A stretch of DNA of 64,000 nucleotides from Candidatus Latescibacterota bacterium (GTDB lineage Bacteria > Latescibacterota > UBA2968 > GCA-2709665): NCBI GenBank assembly GCA_963667175.2, contig CAXXXF010000018.1, positions 256,001 to 320,000 on the forward strand. The letters run 5' to 3'. Position numbers and translations under genes: made by a program. Under the pieces are notes generated by a model. The model worked only from the letters and a program-made list of their open reading frames with translations, was not told the origin of the DNA and ran no database searches. The number at the start of each line of letters is the position of its first letter. Positions within the stretch are counted from its first letter, which is position 1. This document shows positions 1-9,833 of the stretch, in pieces.

Positions 1-186
1 CGGATCGGACGAACTCGGATTGCCCGTACTTAAATCAGGAAGCCGGTATTGAGTTCGATGCTTCGGTCCTGCGAGTACCTCTCTCAGTCCCTCTTCTACC
101 ACAGCGCGTAATGTCCGCCCCGACTTCCTCGCGTACAGTTTTGCTCTCGCCAGCAGTTCGTCTTGAATATCAATCGTTGTTTTCAT
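1..186 (-). CDS. VapB-like ribbon-helix-helix antitoxin (runs off the window edge)
   Basis: Manual translation from ATG at 186: MKTTIDIQDELLARAKLYARKSGRTLRAVVEEGLREVL..., a typical RHH/CopG VapB N-terminus. Not in the ORF track because it is truncated. Confidence 0.8.
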   Translation of the reverse strand, partial: MKTTIDIQDELLARAKLYARKSGRTLRAVVEEGLREVLAGPKHRTQYRLPDLSTGNPSSSDP

Positions 187-193
187 AATTCCC

Positions 194-222
194 ATATTAG
201 CCATATAATACTATACAGTCAA
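194..222 (-). promoter_or_regulatory. sigma70-like promoter of the antitoxin gene with tandem ATATGG operator-like repeats
   Basis: Minus strand TTGACT-17 bp-TAATAT. ATATGG occurs twice overlapping the -10 region, as expected for RHH autoregulation. Confidence 0.55.
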
Positions 223-497
223 GCAATAAAATCAGAAATTCGGTCGAAACCACCTACGTCCACTGTTACGTAACCACCTACCGAAAGATGCGATTCGATG
301 ATCGTCTCGCCGCGCCGCTGTGAACTCACTGTTCAGCAGAAACGCCGCACCCTTCGCGGCATTCGCCCGCCATCGTTCAATCCTGCTTTTACAGGTCCGT
401 CGTCAAAACCAAAAATATCAATGACCTATGTAGACAGATTCGAGCCAGACTTCGCTTTTTCTGGTATCCAGGAGAAATCGGGACATGATCGTTAGGT

Positions 498-914
498 TCA
501 ATCGAGCTGGTCGAGGAGTTGCTTGATCTGTTCATCTCCAGGCCAGGCCCCGGCGAGTTGAATCGGGTCGAACAGTTCCGCTTCCTTTCGGATAACAGAA
601 AGCAGGTCCTGAGAATCCTCTACGTCGATCGTTGGCATTTCTTCGAAGACGTCATCGCCTCTTTGACGAATTCTGATCCGGCGAGCTTCGATAAATCGTG
701 GTTTCCCATTATCCGTGAAGTGCGCAATACCCTCGACAGTCGTGTGTTTTCCCCACAAGGGCCCCAACGCCTCCGCATCCATTGACATCGGGTCTACACG
801 TCCGAACAGCGCTGCGCTCTGTCCCACCACAAGGCGAAAACGGCCATTGCCCTGTTCGTTCTCCTCAAGCCTACCACAAACGATAAACGCTCTTGGTTCT
901 GGGATGTCACTCAT
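498..914 (-). CDS. Hypothetical protein, probably the C-terminal half (OB-fold-like) of a family whose N-terminal half is at 14706-15029
   Basis: 138-aa ORF (IVCGRLEE...VEGIAHF...IEARRI) resembling the C-terminal part of 4710-5843-like proteins; RBS-like GGAG upstream. Confidence 0.5.
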   Translation of the reverse strand: MSDIPEPRAFIVCGRLEENEQGNGRFRLVVGQSAALFGRVDPMSMDAEALGPLWGKHTTVEGIAHFTDNGKPRFIEARRIRIRQRGDDVFEEMPTIDVEDSQDLLSVIRKEAELFDPIQLAGAWPGDEQIKQLLDQLD

Positions 915-957
915 CGGACTATCTCCGTGAAGACGTCATGTGAAGGTCAGTTGTTCC
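907..957. repeat. Repeat B copy 1 (downstream frame of defence unit)
   Basis: Ungapped match to 15215-15265, about 38/51 nt by manual count; core GTGAAGACGTCA..GAA.GTCA..TGTTCC. Confidence 0.75.
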
Positions 958-1036
958 AACAATTCTTATCCCGCCAGGGGCAGTGCGGCAGAAAGAACAG
1001 CGTTCCACTGTCCAACTATTTCCGATGAAATGGAGA

Positions 1037-4000
1037 TTATCCTATGACTTCCAAGAGTTCCGCTACGACCTGAAGCTCTCCCTCGTCCCTCTCCTTCAGC
1101 ACGATGGGTTGGAATTCTGGATTGTTGGGCCGGAGCGTAATGACGTCGTGCCGCCAGGATTCGCCGTATGGGATCTTCTCGCTGTGATAACGCTTGATGG
1201 TGTAGCGTTGGCCGGTTTCGGGATCGGGTGTGTCGCTCAGCTGAACCAGGACCGTCTTTCCCTGACGCGTTCCCTCGACGGGTGCACGAAATAAGCCATA
1301 CGCTCCGTCCGGGACCGCGGGTTCCATTGATCGCCCCACGATTTGCGCGACAAACATGCCCGGCCGTAGACGATAGCGAGAGTCCACGGATGCCCATTCG
1401 AATTCGCCGTCCTCGACGTGCTGCGGAGCGCCGAACGCGCCGGCGGCGGCTCTTAGCGGAACGAATGGTACACAGGTAACGTATCGTTCCTCGGGGCGGC
1501 CTTCGACCAGTCGCAGTGCGGCCGGGAATCCGTGATCTGTCACTGTTTCATCCGTTACGGCCGATTCGGTACGCAGCCGCTGATAGGCTTCGGTAGTCAT
1601 CCACTCGCGGACAGTGTGTTGGAACGAGTCGTCGTTCATATATCGCTGAAAGATCGCCTCGTTCTGATCCATGCGTTCGACGAAGATTTGATCCAACAGA
1701 CTTCTGAACACCAGTTCGAATTTGTCCTCGGGATTTACCGCTGCCGCCTGACGCATGCCATCGTCGGCAACTGCGGCCTCAACGATGTGATCGAAGAAGA
1801 GCTGGTCGGCTTGATTGAAGTCGGTCCCAAAGCGTTCGTTAACGACGTCGATCAGTTGGGAAAGCGGGACGGATTCTTCGTGTACTTCCCCGGCGCCGAC
1901 CTCTGTCGGGCCATCAAGGGCGTGCGCCTCGCCCTCCCCAAGCGAAATCGAGCCTTCGCTGATCTTCTGCAGCCGGTAGTACTCAAGCCGTACGTCATCG
2001 TCGAACTGATAGCCCGGCCCGCTACTGCGTTTCCGCAGCCTTCGCGTCAGATGTCTCAAGAACACGTGCAGGCGTTCCAGGTCCGAGTCCTGGTATGGTA
2101 TGATCTGGCTCAGAAAACCGTAGAGATTTCGGAATGCCTGAAATTGTCCGCGCAGGAGTTCCGCCGCGTCCTCGTCTTCTTCCAACCGTTTATTAAAGCG
2201 TCCAATTGCGGGATCAAGCGCGGCGTTCATCTCCTTGTGGTCTTGCACGGTCTGACGCTGCTTTGGCTTGAAATAAACGGCACAGAACAGTTCGACTTCA
2301 TCTTCCAGATAGATCCCTGACGCGTCAAGTTCGCCTTTGACCTCATACATTCGATGAGGATCTACTTCTTCTCCCATCTCCGAGCCTTCGTAGTAGACCT
2401 TAAACGCCTCCTGAATCTCCTCTCGATCGTTGACGAAGTCCAGGACGAATGTGTCCTCTTTGAGCGGATGGGTGCGATTGAGTCGCGAGAGCGTCTGAAC
2501 GGCATGAATGCCCGCGAGTCGTTTGTCAACGTACATCGTATGCAGTAACGGCTGATCGAAACCAGTTTGGTATTTCTCCGCCACCAGCAGTACCTGATAT
2601 TCCTGTGTGGCGAACTTTTCTGGGAGCTCCTTTTCACGGATGCCCTGGTTCATCTTTGCTTCCGTGTACTCGACGTCCGGTAGTTTGTCGTCTTGCACGG
2701 AACCCGAGAACGCGACAAGCGTCTTGATTGGATATTGCTTCTGCTCGATATAACGATCAAAGCTCTGCTTGTATCGCACCGCTTTGAGGCGCGAGTCTGT
2801 CACCACCATGGCCTTGGCCCGGCCGCCGATTTTGTGTCGCGTGACGGTCTGGAAATGCTCCACCATCACTTCGGTTTTCTGCGCGATGTTGTATGGATGC
2901 AGCTGCATAAAGCGAGCCAGCGCGCGCGCCGCCTGTTTCCGCTCCACGTTTGGATCGTCTTCGCGGGCCTTGAGGAGTTTGAAGTAGGTCGCGTAGGTCG
3001 TGTAATGCTCAAGCACGTCGAGGATGAATCCTTCCTCGATTGCCTGCCGCATCGTGTACTTGTGAAATTGCTCGCCGTCGCGGCCGAACACCGCAAGCGT
3101 CCTGTGTTTGGGCGTTGCCGTAAACGCAAAGAAACTCAGGTTCGCCTGCCTGCCGCGCCTGGCCATGCTGCGGAATAATTCTTCAAGATCCTCGCTCCCC
3201 GCTTCCTCAGCCTGTCTGCGTGCCTCCTCCCGCAGATCTTCTCCGCCCAGGACCTCCCTGAGATGGGTCGAGGTCTCTCCACCCTGCGAACTGTGCGCTT
3301 CGTCGACGATGACTGCACAGCGCCGCGAAGGAAGCGCGCCGGACCCCGATTCGCCTCTTTCGTCGGCCATCTTGAGCAGATGTTGTGAAACGAAAGGGAA
3401 TTTCTGAAGTGTGGTGATGATGATCGGGACCGCGTTCTCAAGGGCTTCAGCGAGTTGTCGAGACCGTTCGTCGATCTTCCGGACGACGCCATGCTTGTGT
3501 TCAAACTGGTAGATCGTGTCTTGTAGTTGCTGATCCAGGACGACGCGGTCAGTCACCACGATCACGCTATCGAAGACGCGCTCACTGTCTGTATCGTGCA
3601 GGGAAGCCAGGCGGTGCGCAAGCCAGCCGATGGTATTGCTCTTGCCGCTGCCCGCTGAGTGTTCGATGAGGTAGCTGTTCCCGACACCCTCGTCGCGAGC
3701 CGCTTTCACCAATTTCCGGACGGCATCGAGTTGGTGATAGCGCGGGAAAATCATCGACTCGACCTTAACCTTTCCGCCCATGTCGTCTCGTTTTTCCTCG
3801 GTCTGCAGATGGATATAGCGCGCGAGAACGTCGAGCAGGCTGTCGCGCTCTAACACTTCCTCCCAGAGGTATGCCGTCCGATAGTTCCGTCCGTTCGGAT
3901 CGGGTGGGTTGCCGGCCCCGTCGTCATTCCCTTTGTCGAACGGCAGGAAATGGGTCGCGTCGCCCGCCAATCGGGTGGTCATGCGGACACACTCGGTGTC

Positions 4001-4579
4001 CACCGCGAAATGTACGAGCGTCCGGCGTTTGAATTCGAAGATCGGCGCGCGGGGGTCTCGGTCACGTCGGTACTGACCGATCGCGTCCTCGACGGTCTGT
4101 CGCGTGAGCGGGTTCTTGAGTTCCACCGTAGCGACGGGGATGCCGTTCAGACAAACCGTCAGGTCGAGAGACTTCTCAGATCTGGGAGAATAATGAAGTT
4201 GGCGGGTGAGACCGAGCCGGTTGGCGGCGTAGCGGGCTTCGAGTTCCGGATTCAACTCATGAGCGGCCTTGAAGAATGCGGGATACAGCGTCCGTCCGTA
4301 GCACTTGAACCCGTGGCGCAACGTAGCGAGCGATCCGTTCGCGTCCATCCACTTGCACAGGTCATTGATAACCTGCTCACCGGTTCGATCGCCGTGAAGC
4401 GCCTCCAGCCTGGCCCATTCTTTGGATTGAGTGTCGCGGATGAACGCCAGCACCGCGTCCGGAAAGATCGCCCGGTCCCGGTCGAAACCTCCTGCGGCGA
4501 CGGTTACGTAGCCGTTCGCCAGAAGATGGGTTTCGATTACTGTTTCGAAGGCGGCTTCAGTGTGGCGGGAGTCGTTCAC
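1037..4579 (-). CDS. hsdR: Type I restriction endonuclease subunit R with C-terminal LexA/S24-like peptidase domain
   Basis: Nuclease motif VELKN, Walker [27 protein letters not shown]-terminus has RAAAG, VGRSMEP and YTIKRY (S24 Ser/Lys dyad). Confidence 0.95.
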   Translation of the reverse strand: MNDSRHTEAAFETVIETHLLANGYVTVAAGGFDRDRAIFPDAVLAFIRDTQSKEWARLEALHGDRTGEQVINDLCKWMDANGSLATLRHGFKCYGRTLYPAFFKAAHELNPELEARYAANRLGLTRQLHYSPRSEKSLDLTVCLNGIPVATVELKNPLTRQTVEDAIGQYRRDRDPRAPIFEFKRRTLVHFAVDTECVRMTTRLAGDATHFLPFDKGNDDGAGNPPDPNGRNYRTAYLWEEVLERDSLLDVLARYIHLQTEEKRDDMGGKVKVESMIFPRYHQLDAVRKLVKAARDEGVGNSYLIEHSAGSGKSNTIGWLAHRLASLHDTDSERVFDSVIVVTDRVVLDQQLQDTIYQFEHKHGVVRKIDERSRQLAEALENAVPIIITTLQKFPFVSQHLLKMADERGESGSGALPSRRCAVIVDEAHSSQGGETSTHLREVLGGEDLREEARRQAEEAGSEDLEELFRSMARRGRQANLSFFAFTATPKHRTLAVFGRDGEQFHKYTMRQAIEEGFILDVLEHYTTYATYFKLLKAREDDPNVERKQAARALARFMQLHPYNIAQKTEVMVEHFQTVTRHKIGGRAKAMVVTDSRLKAVRYKQSFDRYIEQKQYPIKTLVAFSGSVQDDKLPDVEYTEAKMNQGIREKELPEKFATQEYQVLLVAEKYQTGFDQPLLHTMYVDKRLAGIHAVQTLSRLNRTHPLKEDTFVLDFVNDREEIQEAFKVYYEGSEMGEEVDPHRMYEVKGELDASGIYLEDEVELFCAVYFKPKQRQTVQDHKEMNAALDPAIGRFNKRLEEDEDAAELLRGQFQAFRNLYGFLSQIIPYQDSDLERLHVFLRHLTRRLRKRSSGPGYQFDDDVRLEYYRLQKISEGSISLGEGEAHALDGPTEVGAGEVHEESVPLSQLIDVVNERFGTDFNQADQLFFDHIVEAAVADDGMRQAAAVNPEDKFELVFRSLLDQIFVERMDQNEAIFQRYMNDDSFQHTVREWMTTEAYQRLRTESAVTDETVTDHGFPAALRLVEGRPEERYVTCVPFVPLRAAAGAFGAPQHVEDGEFEWASVDSRYRLRPGMFVAQIVGRSMEPAVPDGAYGLFRAPVEGTRQGKTVLVQLSDTPDPETGQRYTIKRYHSEKIPYGESWRHDVITLRPNNPEFQPIVLKERDEGELQVVAELLEVIG

Positions 4580-4713
4580 GCGGGATTATCCATCCTACAG
4601 GCCCGATTTGACAGACAGACCACAAACACAAATGCGGCTGGAGGTGTACATGCAAAGTCGACTATCGTCAAAAAACAGTACAAGGCTGAGAGCGCACCCA
4701 CAGCAAATATCAT
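4576..4713 (-). CDS. Putative 45-aa hydrophobic small protein, translationally coupled at both ends
   Basis: [45 protein letters not shown]; ATGA overlap with the upstream stop and GTGA overlap with the hsdR start. Confidence 0.45.
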   Translation of the reverse strand: MIFAVGALSALYCFLTIVDFACTPPAAFVFVVCLSNRACRMDNPA

Positions 4714-5843
4714 ACAGGTTCATGTCGGTTTAGATAGAGAATCCGTCTTTCCCGTCCCCCGATAGCGACTTCCTCTATTTCCTCATCGCAATAGAATCTG
4801 TAACGCTCGCCGACCGTCAAACCATCTAAACTTGGCCCCCCTTCCATAACCTTGCCCAGACGTTTTCCTTCGTTCGTGAGCAATCCCCAATACCCGCTTC
4901 CACGGTCAAATCTCTCGAAGGTTCCCTCCAGCGTTACTGATTCGCTTCCCAGATTCGTCACACTCGAAAGCGCTTTCACTAAAAGGCCTGCCTCGGACTG
5001 AGAAACCGCGCGGCTGATTGGGCGGTCTGATTTCGGTTCGGCCCACGAGTAGCGCAGCCCCGTTTTTCGTTCAACCAGAAAACGCAAGAGCTTCAGGTAT
5101 GTCCCTGCCAGGCGCCCACGTTGTTCCTTGACGGTGAGAAGTGTTTTCTGTGGGGTCGCGGTATCCTCAAATAGCATATCGATTCGCCGTAGCGCTCTCG
5201 CAAGTTTACTGCCTCCGAAGAAATCCGGCATGCTCGCTGCTTCAAGGACAATCTGAAACGATCCGGCTGCCGCTGGAACAACGACGTCCATCATGTCTTC
5301 ATCGGGCTGCCGATAGCGAGGATCGTCTCCCTTCATCTCCGCTCTGTAAGCGTGTTTGACCATTCCCTGAACCAGATTCAACATCCCTGCGAGCGTATTC
5401 GCTCGGATACGATGTTGCATCGACGCCTCTGGCGGCTCAGCGGCGACCTCAAGTACGAGGTTGTTGCGTTCCCGGGCTTCCCTGAGCACAGAATCGTCTG
5501 AAGGGTGGTCGTGTAACACAAAACCGGCATCTGGAAGAAATCCACTATCCATGAGGGTAGTAGACAGACTATAAAGCTCCAGTGGATGATTCAGGTCGGT
5601 ATCCACTGTCGCCAGATACCGCTCCTCATCGTCCGAATGGATCAGCAACGAACGCAGATCGAGTGCACCTGAACGGAATTTCCGCAATCGCTCGGGAGCG
5701 ACACCGGCTACGAGAAAACGTCCGTTCTTATCTTCGGCGTCGACACCGACTGCGATATAGCACCCGCCGATGGCGTCGCGCGCCTCGAAAATCTGCGGCC
5801 CGTCGTAATAGAAAAGCGTCCTCGTGTGTCGGATCTCTTTCAT
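4710..5843 (-). CDS. DUF6575-like protein (RM cargo)
   Basis: N-terminal LFYYDGPQIFEARD motif typical of DUF6575-type proteins; ATG at 5843 overlaps the upstream stop (ATGA). Confidence 0.7.
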   Translation of the reverse strand: MKEIRHTRTLFYYDGPQIFEARDAIGGCYIAVGVDAEDKNGRFLVAGVAPERLRKFRSGALDLRSLLIHSDDEERYLATVDTDLNHPLELYSLSTTLMDSGFLPDAGFVLHDHPSDDSVLREARERNNLVLEVAAEPPEASMQHRIRANTLAGMLNLVQGMVKHAYRAEMKGDDPRYRQPDEDMMDVVVPAAAGSFQIVLEAASMPDFFGGSKLARALRRIDMLFEDTATPQKTLLTVKEQRGRLAGTYLKLLRFLVERKTGLRYSWAEPKSDRPISRAVSQSEAGLLVKALSSVTNLGSESVTLEGTFERFDRGSGYWGLLTNEGKRLGKVMEGGPSLDGLTVGERYRFYCDEEIEEVAIGGRERRILYLNRHEPV

Positions 5844-6217
5844 GGAGTTTCCACGACACAGTGCGCCAAAATGTCGAAATCTGCCAGCGGCCACCAGGTG
5901 TGATGTGAGCGCTGACCTGTCTGTTGAATGGCGCCCGCGCCATTTTCGAGTATTACTCGGCAGATTAAACGTCCGCGTAGGCTCGGGATCTTCAATGCCT
6001 TTTGGGAATCGCCTCGTTCAGCAAAAACAGAGAGTCCCCTGGCCTGGCACTCGGAGATCTTACCGAAGTCTCGGTCCGGTTTTTCAGCTCGCTGGGATGC
6101 GAAGTCCTCCTCCGCCGGTGGGGCGGTCCGCACCAATCGAAATACCACTCGCGTTGCTATAATGGCTTCTGCCGCATCAGGTGGGCACCCTTCAGGCAAC
6201 GGCTCTCGGTAATTCAT
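5840..6217 (-). CDS. Small protein with ART/RES-like motifs (candidate toxin/effector)
   Basis: Motif order VFRL...GLSVF...SHHTWW resembles the ADP-ribosyltransferase-fold R-S-H core; coupled to the downstream gene. Confidence 0.6.
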   Translation of the reverse strand: MNYREPLPEGCPPDAAEAIIATRVVFRLVRTAPPAEEDFASQRAEKPDRDFGKISECQARGLSVFAERGDSQKALKIPSLRGRLICRVILENGAGAIQQTGQRSHHTWWPLADFDILAHCVVETP

Positions 6218-6257
6218 AGGCTGGCAGAGATGACTTGGCCTGGGCGTTCAAGACAAT

Positions 6258-6350
6258 GGCGCCCTGGATGTCGATCTATCCGGTCACCGAGGCAGTTATG
6301 AGCGCGCAGTGCTGTACATTGATCAGTGCAATGGTATTGTTCGCGATGGC
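6258..6350 (-). pseudogene. Degenerate hsdS 3' end remnant
   Basis: Alternate frame reads NTIALINVQHCALITASVTG*IDI versus intact HsdS NAISLIKERRSALISAAITGRLDI (12/24 identical); contains an in-frame stop. Confidence 0.7.
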
Positions 6351-6360
6351 TCAGCGAGGG

Positions 6361-6633
6361 CGAGCCGTTCGCGTCCATCCAGAGGCAAGGGTTCGAGAAA
6401 ATCTGCCATCCCGTTCGATCGCCGTGAAGCGCCTCCAACTTGGCCCAGTCTTTGGGTTGCGTATCACGAATGAACGCCAGCACCGCGTCAGGAAAGATCG
6501 CGCGTTCCCGATCGAAGCCATCTCCGGCGACCGAGACGTAACCATTCACCAGAAGATGCGCCTCAATGGCGGTTTCGAAGGCGGCTTCGGAATGTCTGTC
6601 TTCTCTCGGAAAGTTATCTGTCTCTCCGTGCAA
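6361..6633 (-). pseudogene. Truncated duplicate of the hsdR 5' end
   Basis: HSEAAFETAIEAHLLVNGYVSV...WMDANGS is near-identical to the HsdR N-terminus; 6361-6590 is colinear with 4331-4560. Confidence 0.9.
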
Positions 6634-7324
6634 ATCGCTTGCGCTGACGGTGTTTCGTGAGGGCGTCCATATGCTCTGTCAGACCGCCTCGTATTGCAAC
6701 GCAAAACTCGTTGAAGCTACCATTCCCTTTACGGTCGCAAATCGTGTCGCGCACACGTTGCGCTTTGGTATAAGACAAGGGTGCATTCCCCGTCGGTCCG
6801 TAGATGAATTCCTCAATAACGCGCTTTCGGTCTTCGGTAAGACTCCTGTGATCGAGACCAAGGACGTTAATGGTCGTTACGGCTTCGTTTCGATTGTTAA
6901 CTGCCTCAATCTCACCATTAAGCTCGAATCGAAAGACCTGTTCGCAGGCAGGCTGAAGTGGAGAAACGAATTCGGCGCCATCGTTATCCCACCAATTGTT
7001 CTTAAGTTGCGCGCCATAGCGACATTTTGCCTTCATACCTTCTCGTGGGAAACACGCTACCAGATTGGTGTAGTCCAGGTCAGATCCAGGCAGTTCCGCC
7101 CGGCAGCGACTCTGTGGCTTGATATGCTCGACATGCGATGAACTGCTGTCGATTCGACGCATCGTATAGGCACACAACCCGCCCTGGTCTGCAACCATAG
7201 TCTTCAATATCTGATCCTTCAGAGTCGAAGGCGCCTCGCGCCAATCAGATTTATTCGTTCCCTCAACTTCAGTGCACCACACGGAGTAGGAGTGCGGGCA
7301 CCCGGATTTCTGGACGTGCTTCAT
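6614..7324 (-). CDS. HNH endonuclease (TIGR02646/PtuB-like)
   Basis: QGGLCAY...HVEHIKPQ...YTNLVAC motifs; coupled to the upstream ATPase. Confidence 0.85.
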   Translation of the reverse strand: MKHVQKSGCPHSYSVWCTEVEGTNKSDWREAPSTLKDQILKTMVADQGGLCAYTMRRIDSSSSHVEHIKPQSRCRAELPGSDLDYTNLVACFPREGMKAKCRYGAQLKNNWWDNDGAEFVSPLQPACEQVFRFELNGEIEAVNNRNEAVTTINVLGLDHRSLTEDRKRVIEEFIYGPTGNAPLSYTKAQRVRDTICDRKGNGSFNEFCVAIRGGLTEHMDALTKHRQRKRFARRDR

Positions 7325-8640
7325 TCGCCCAGAATCTCCAGTCGAGTGATACGCGCTTCAAGAACGGACCACTCCGGCAGGTCAAGCCCGTTCTCTTTGG
7401 CCTCTGAGATCGCGGTGTGCGCTTTCTCGAAGGTTCCTTGCGCAATCAAGTTTTCAACTGATTGAATGGCAGCCATCGCCTCCTTCGGTCGGTCATCGGC
7501 CTCCATGAGGTGGCGCAGTATCCAGTTTGAGTCCATGCCAAGGCTGCGGTCCGGATGGACAATTTCACCAGGTGCCAAGGGGTGAACCTGATCGGGCTCG
7601 ACGGACGCCACGACCTGCGGCGAGTGAGTCGTCGCGATGAACTGGCAGTTTGGAAACGTCGCGGTCAGGTTATGGACGATTTGCCTCTGCCATTTGGGGT
7701 GAAGATGCAACTCCAATTCGTCAATCAGGACGACCGCATGACCTTCACTCAGGGGATCATCTAGTGATGGATTCGCCTGGGATAATCGTCGAGCGATGTC
7801 AAGGACCAAGGCCAACAACCCACGCTCACCATCCGATAATTTCCGTACATCAAGAGTAGTTCCATCGTGGTCGACTAAGAGGCGAGGTGTTTCTTCGTCA
7901 GTTGGTCGAAGATTCTCATAGGTCGGCAGGAATCTTTCAACCGTCGATCGTAGCACCTCTATGTTTCGCTTTACCGCGGAATTCTCCACAGCAAGAATCG
8001 CCTGTGCACGCATCCAATGGGCAAAGTGTGATACATACATCGGTCGGGATACAAGGGCACCGGCGTAAGCCACTGCCATACCACCAGTTGCCATAGACTC
8101 GGTTGGACGGCGAGAAGAGAACACGGAGCGATCGGTAGAGAAGAACACGCCGTTGGGAGCCACCCGAGAGGTGTAGGCGGCGGCAGCGAAATCAGCTTCA
8201 GACGGCAGGAGGAAATCGGAATCATAAACTCCGTGAGATTCATCAAGCTCACGCAACGGCTTTACCGCCCGGTCGCGTAATCGCTCAGACTCCAAAATCT
8301 TCCTTTGGAGATTCTTTAAATTCTCTTCACTGTCAGCCGCGATCGGCTCCCTCCATTGACGCCGCGTAAAATGGAAATCTTCCTCGTTTATCGTCAGTGA
8401 CAGTTCGGCATCCAGGAACGGGAAGTCGCTTCTTATGTCTTCAATCTCAAAGGAAATCGGCTTCGCGCGAGGTTTCGGCCAACTTCTGAGTATTCTAGAT
8501 TGACAAATGCGCAACGCGTCCAAAACAGTGGTTTTCCCAACGCCGTTAACGCCGACGATCAGGTTGAATCCCGGCTGAAATAGAAATTCAGCATTTTCAA
8601 TTGCACGCAGGTTGGTTATTTTGAGACGCGTGAGAATCAT
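7321..8640 (-). CDS. ABC/AAA_21-type ATPase (PtuA/Septu-like)
   Basis: GVNGVGKT Walker A, LSDGE signature, VLIDELELHLHPKWQ, TTHSP. ATG at 8640 overlaps the hsdS stop. Confidence 0.9.
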   Translation of the reverse strand: MILTRLKITNLRAIENAEFLFQPGFNLIVGVNGVGKTTVLDALRICQSRILRSWPKPRAKPISFEIEDIRSDFPFLDAELSLTINEEDFHFTRRQWREPIAADSEENLKNLQRKILESERLRDRAVKPLRELDESHGVYDSDFLLPSEADFAAAAYTSRVAPNGVFFSTDRSVFSSRRPTESMATGGMAVAYAGALVSRPMYVSHFAHWMRAQAILAVENSAVKRNIEVLRSTVERFLPTYENLRPTDEETPRLLVDHDGTTLDVRKLSDGERGLLALVLDIARRLSQANPSLDDPLSEGHAVVLIDELELHLHPKWQRQIVHNLTATFPNCQFIATTHSPQVVASVEPDQVHPLAPGEIVHPDRSLGMDSNWILRHLMEADDRPKEAMAAIQSVENLIAQGTFEKAHTAISEAKENGLDLPEWSVLEARITRLEILGE

Positions 8641-9833
8641 GCGACGTTTCCTATATCCAGGCGCCCGGTAATTGCCGCTGAGATTAATGCGGAGCGACGC
8701 TCCTTGATCAACGAGATGGCGTTCTTCACTACGGACTGGAGTGAGTCGAGCTGCTCGATAGAAGTGGCTATCTTCCCCAGGATGACCGCCTGCTCCTTGA
8801 CCGGAGGAACCGGCACGCGCAGATTTCCGATCTCTTCGCACGTCAGCGCGCCTTTGGTTCCGCCAGCATCATCGCTGATGCTTCTAAGAAAATCGTATGC
8901 GGCAGATAATGTCCATTTCAAGAACCAAGGCAGAAGACGAGACGGGTTCGGATGAATAAATGCAAGGTGCTGATTGATGGTCGCATCGAATGAGAGAACG
9001 GCAGCCCGTCCCCTCGTTTTCCCTTGGCCAGTGATCGCCACGAGAACACTACCGCTCTTTACTTGGGGCAAGTGACATTCGTGAGCAGCTAGCTCAGTCA
9101 CGAATTGATCCGCGTGGGTGACTTCGGGGTGATTCACGACACTGCTGTTGAGCCACGGAATCCTGCCTTTATTCCAATACGCAGCATTGTTGCGGCTGGG
9201 CGTAGACCCGTTCCCGACCTCTGCGAGGTGTCCGACTTTCCAGGTTTCCCAATGCGCTGGAATCTTGCCCAGCCAGGGGATACCAGAGTCCCCTAGCAGG
9301 ACGTTTGGCTCGACGCCACGGGTGATGGCGCGGGTGATGAGTGCACGGCGTTTTTCGGCCAGCAGGGCCAGTAGCTTCTCCTTTTCCGCGATTAGCGCAT
9401 CGATCCGCGCCGTCTCGCGGTCGAGGTAATCCGCGATGGCGCGCTGTCGGGGCAGAGGCGGGACAAGCGCGTCTTTGGCGTATGCTGTTTCACGATTAAG
9501 GCCCGGAACTGCAGCTTCGTCTGTTCCTTCATCAAGCCGCAAAGTTTGAAGAAGCCAGTAGAGCCAGCGCAAGTGGTTCCGACTAGTGGATTTGTCAATG
9601 AAGAAGGTCGTATCGGATGCGAAGCAAGATTCCGCTGTCCAGTTGACCTTGCCATAGGAGCCTTTTCGTCCTATGACGATCGCTGGTGATCCAGTGTTGG
9701 CCCTTGAGGTATATCCAAATGGTCCGTTGGAACCAAACACACGGAAGCCACCATTTTGTGGTTCATCACGCGGCAATGTTTCTCCATACCCCAATCGAGC
9801 AACATATTTCAGCTTCACCCTTGGCCACATCAC
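8637..9833 (-). CDS. hsdS: Type I RM specificity subunit S
   Basis: Two TRDs with conserved PPLPRQRAIADYLD / IPAHWE / PPVKEQ segments and terminal SALISAAITG. Confidence 0.95.
   Translation of the reverse strand: MMWPRVKLKYVARLGYGETLPRDEPQNGGFRVFGSNGPFGYTSRANTGSPAIVIGRKGSYGKVNWTAESCFASDTTFFIDKSTSRNHLRWLYWLLQTLRLDEGTDEAAVPGLNRETAYAKDALVPPLPRQRAIADYLDRETARIDALIAEKEKLLALLAEKRRALITRAITRGVEPNVLLGDSGIPWLGKIPAHWETWKVGHLAEVGNGSTPSRNNAAYWNKGRIPWLNSSVVNHPEVTHADQFVTELAAHECHLPQVKSGSVLVAITGQGKTRGRAAVLSFDATINQHLAFIHPNPSRLLPWFLKWTLSAAYDFLRSISDDAGGTKGALTCEEIGNLRVPVPPVKEQAVILGKIATSIEQLDSLQSVVKNAISLIKERRSALISAAITGRLDIGNVA

Noticed and set aside
248-281. Direct repeat AACCACCTAC x2 with overlapping palindrome GTTACGTAAC
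   Set aside because: Too short to assign; it could be an operator or chance.
6614-8640. Retron system
   Set aside because: The effector pair resembles retron PtuAB, but there is no reverse transcriptase and no intergenic room for msr-msd.
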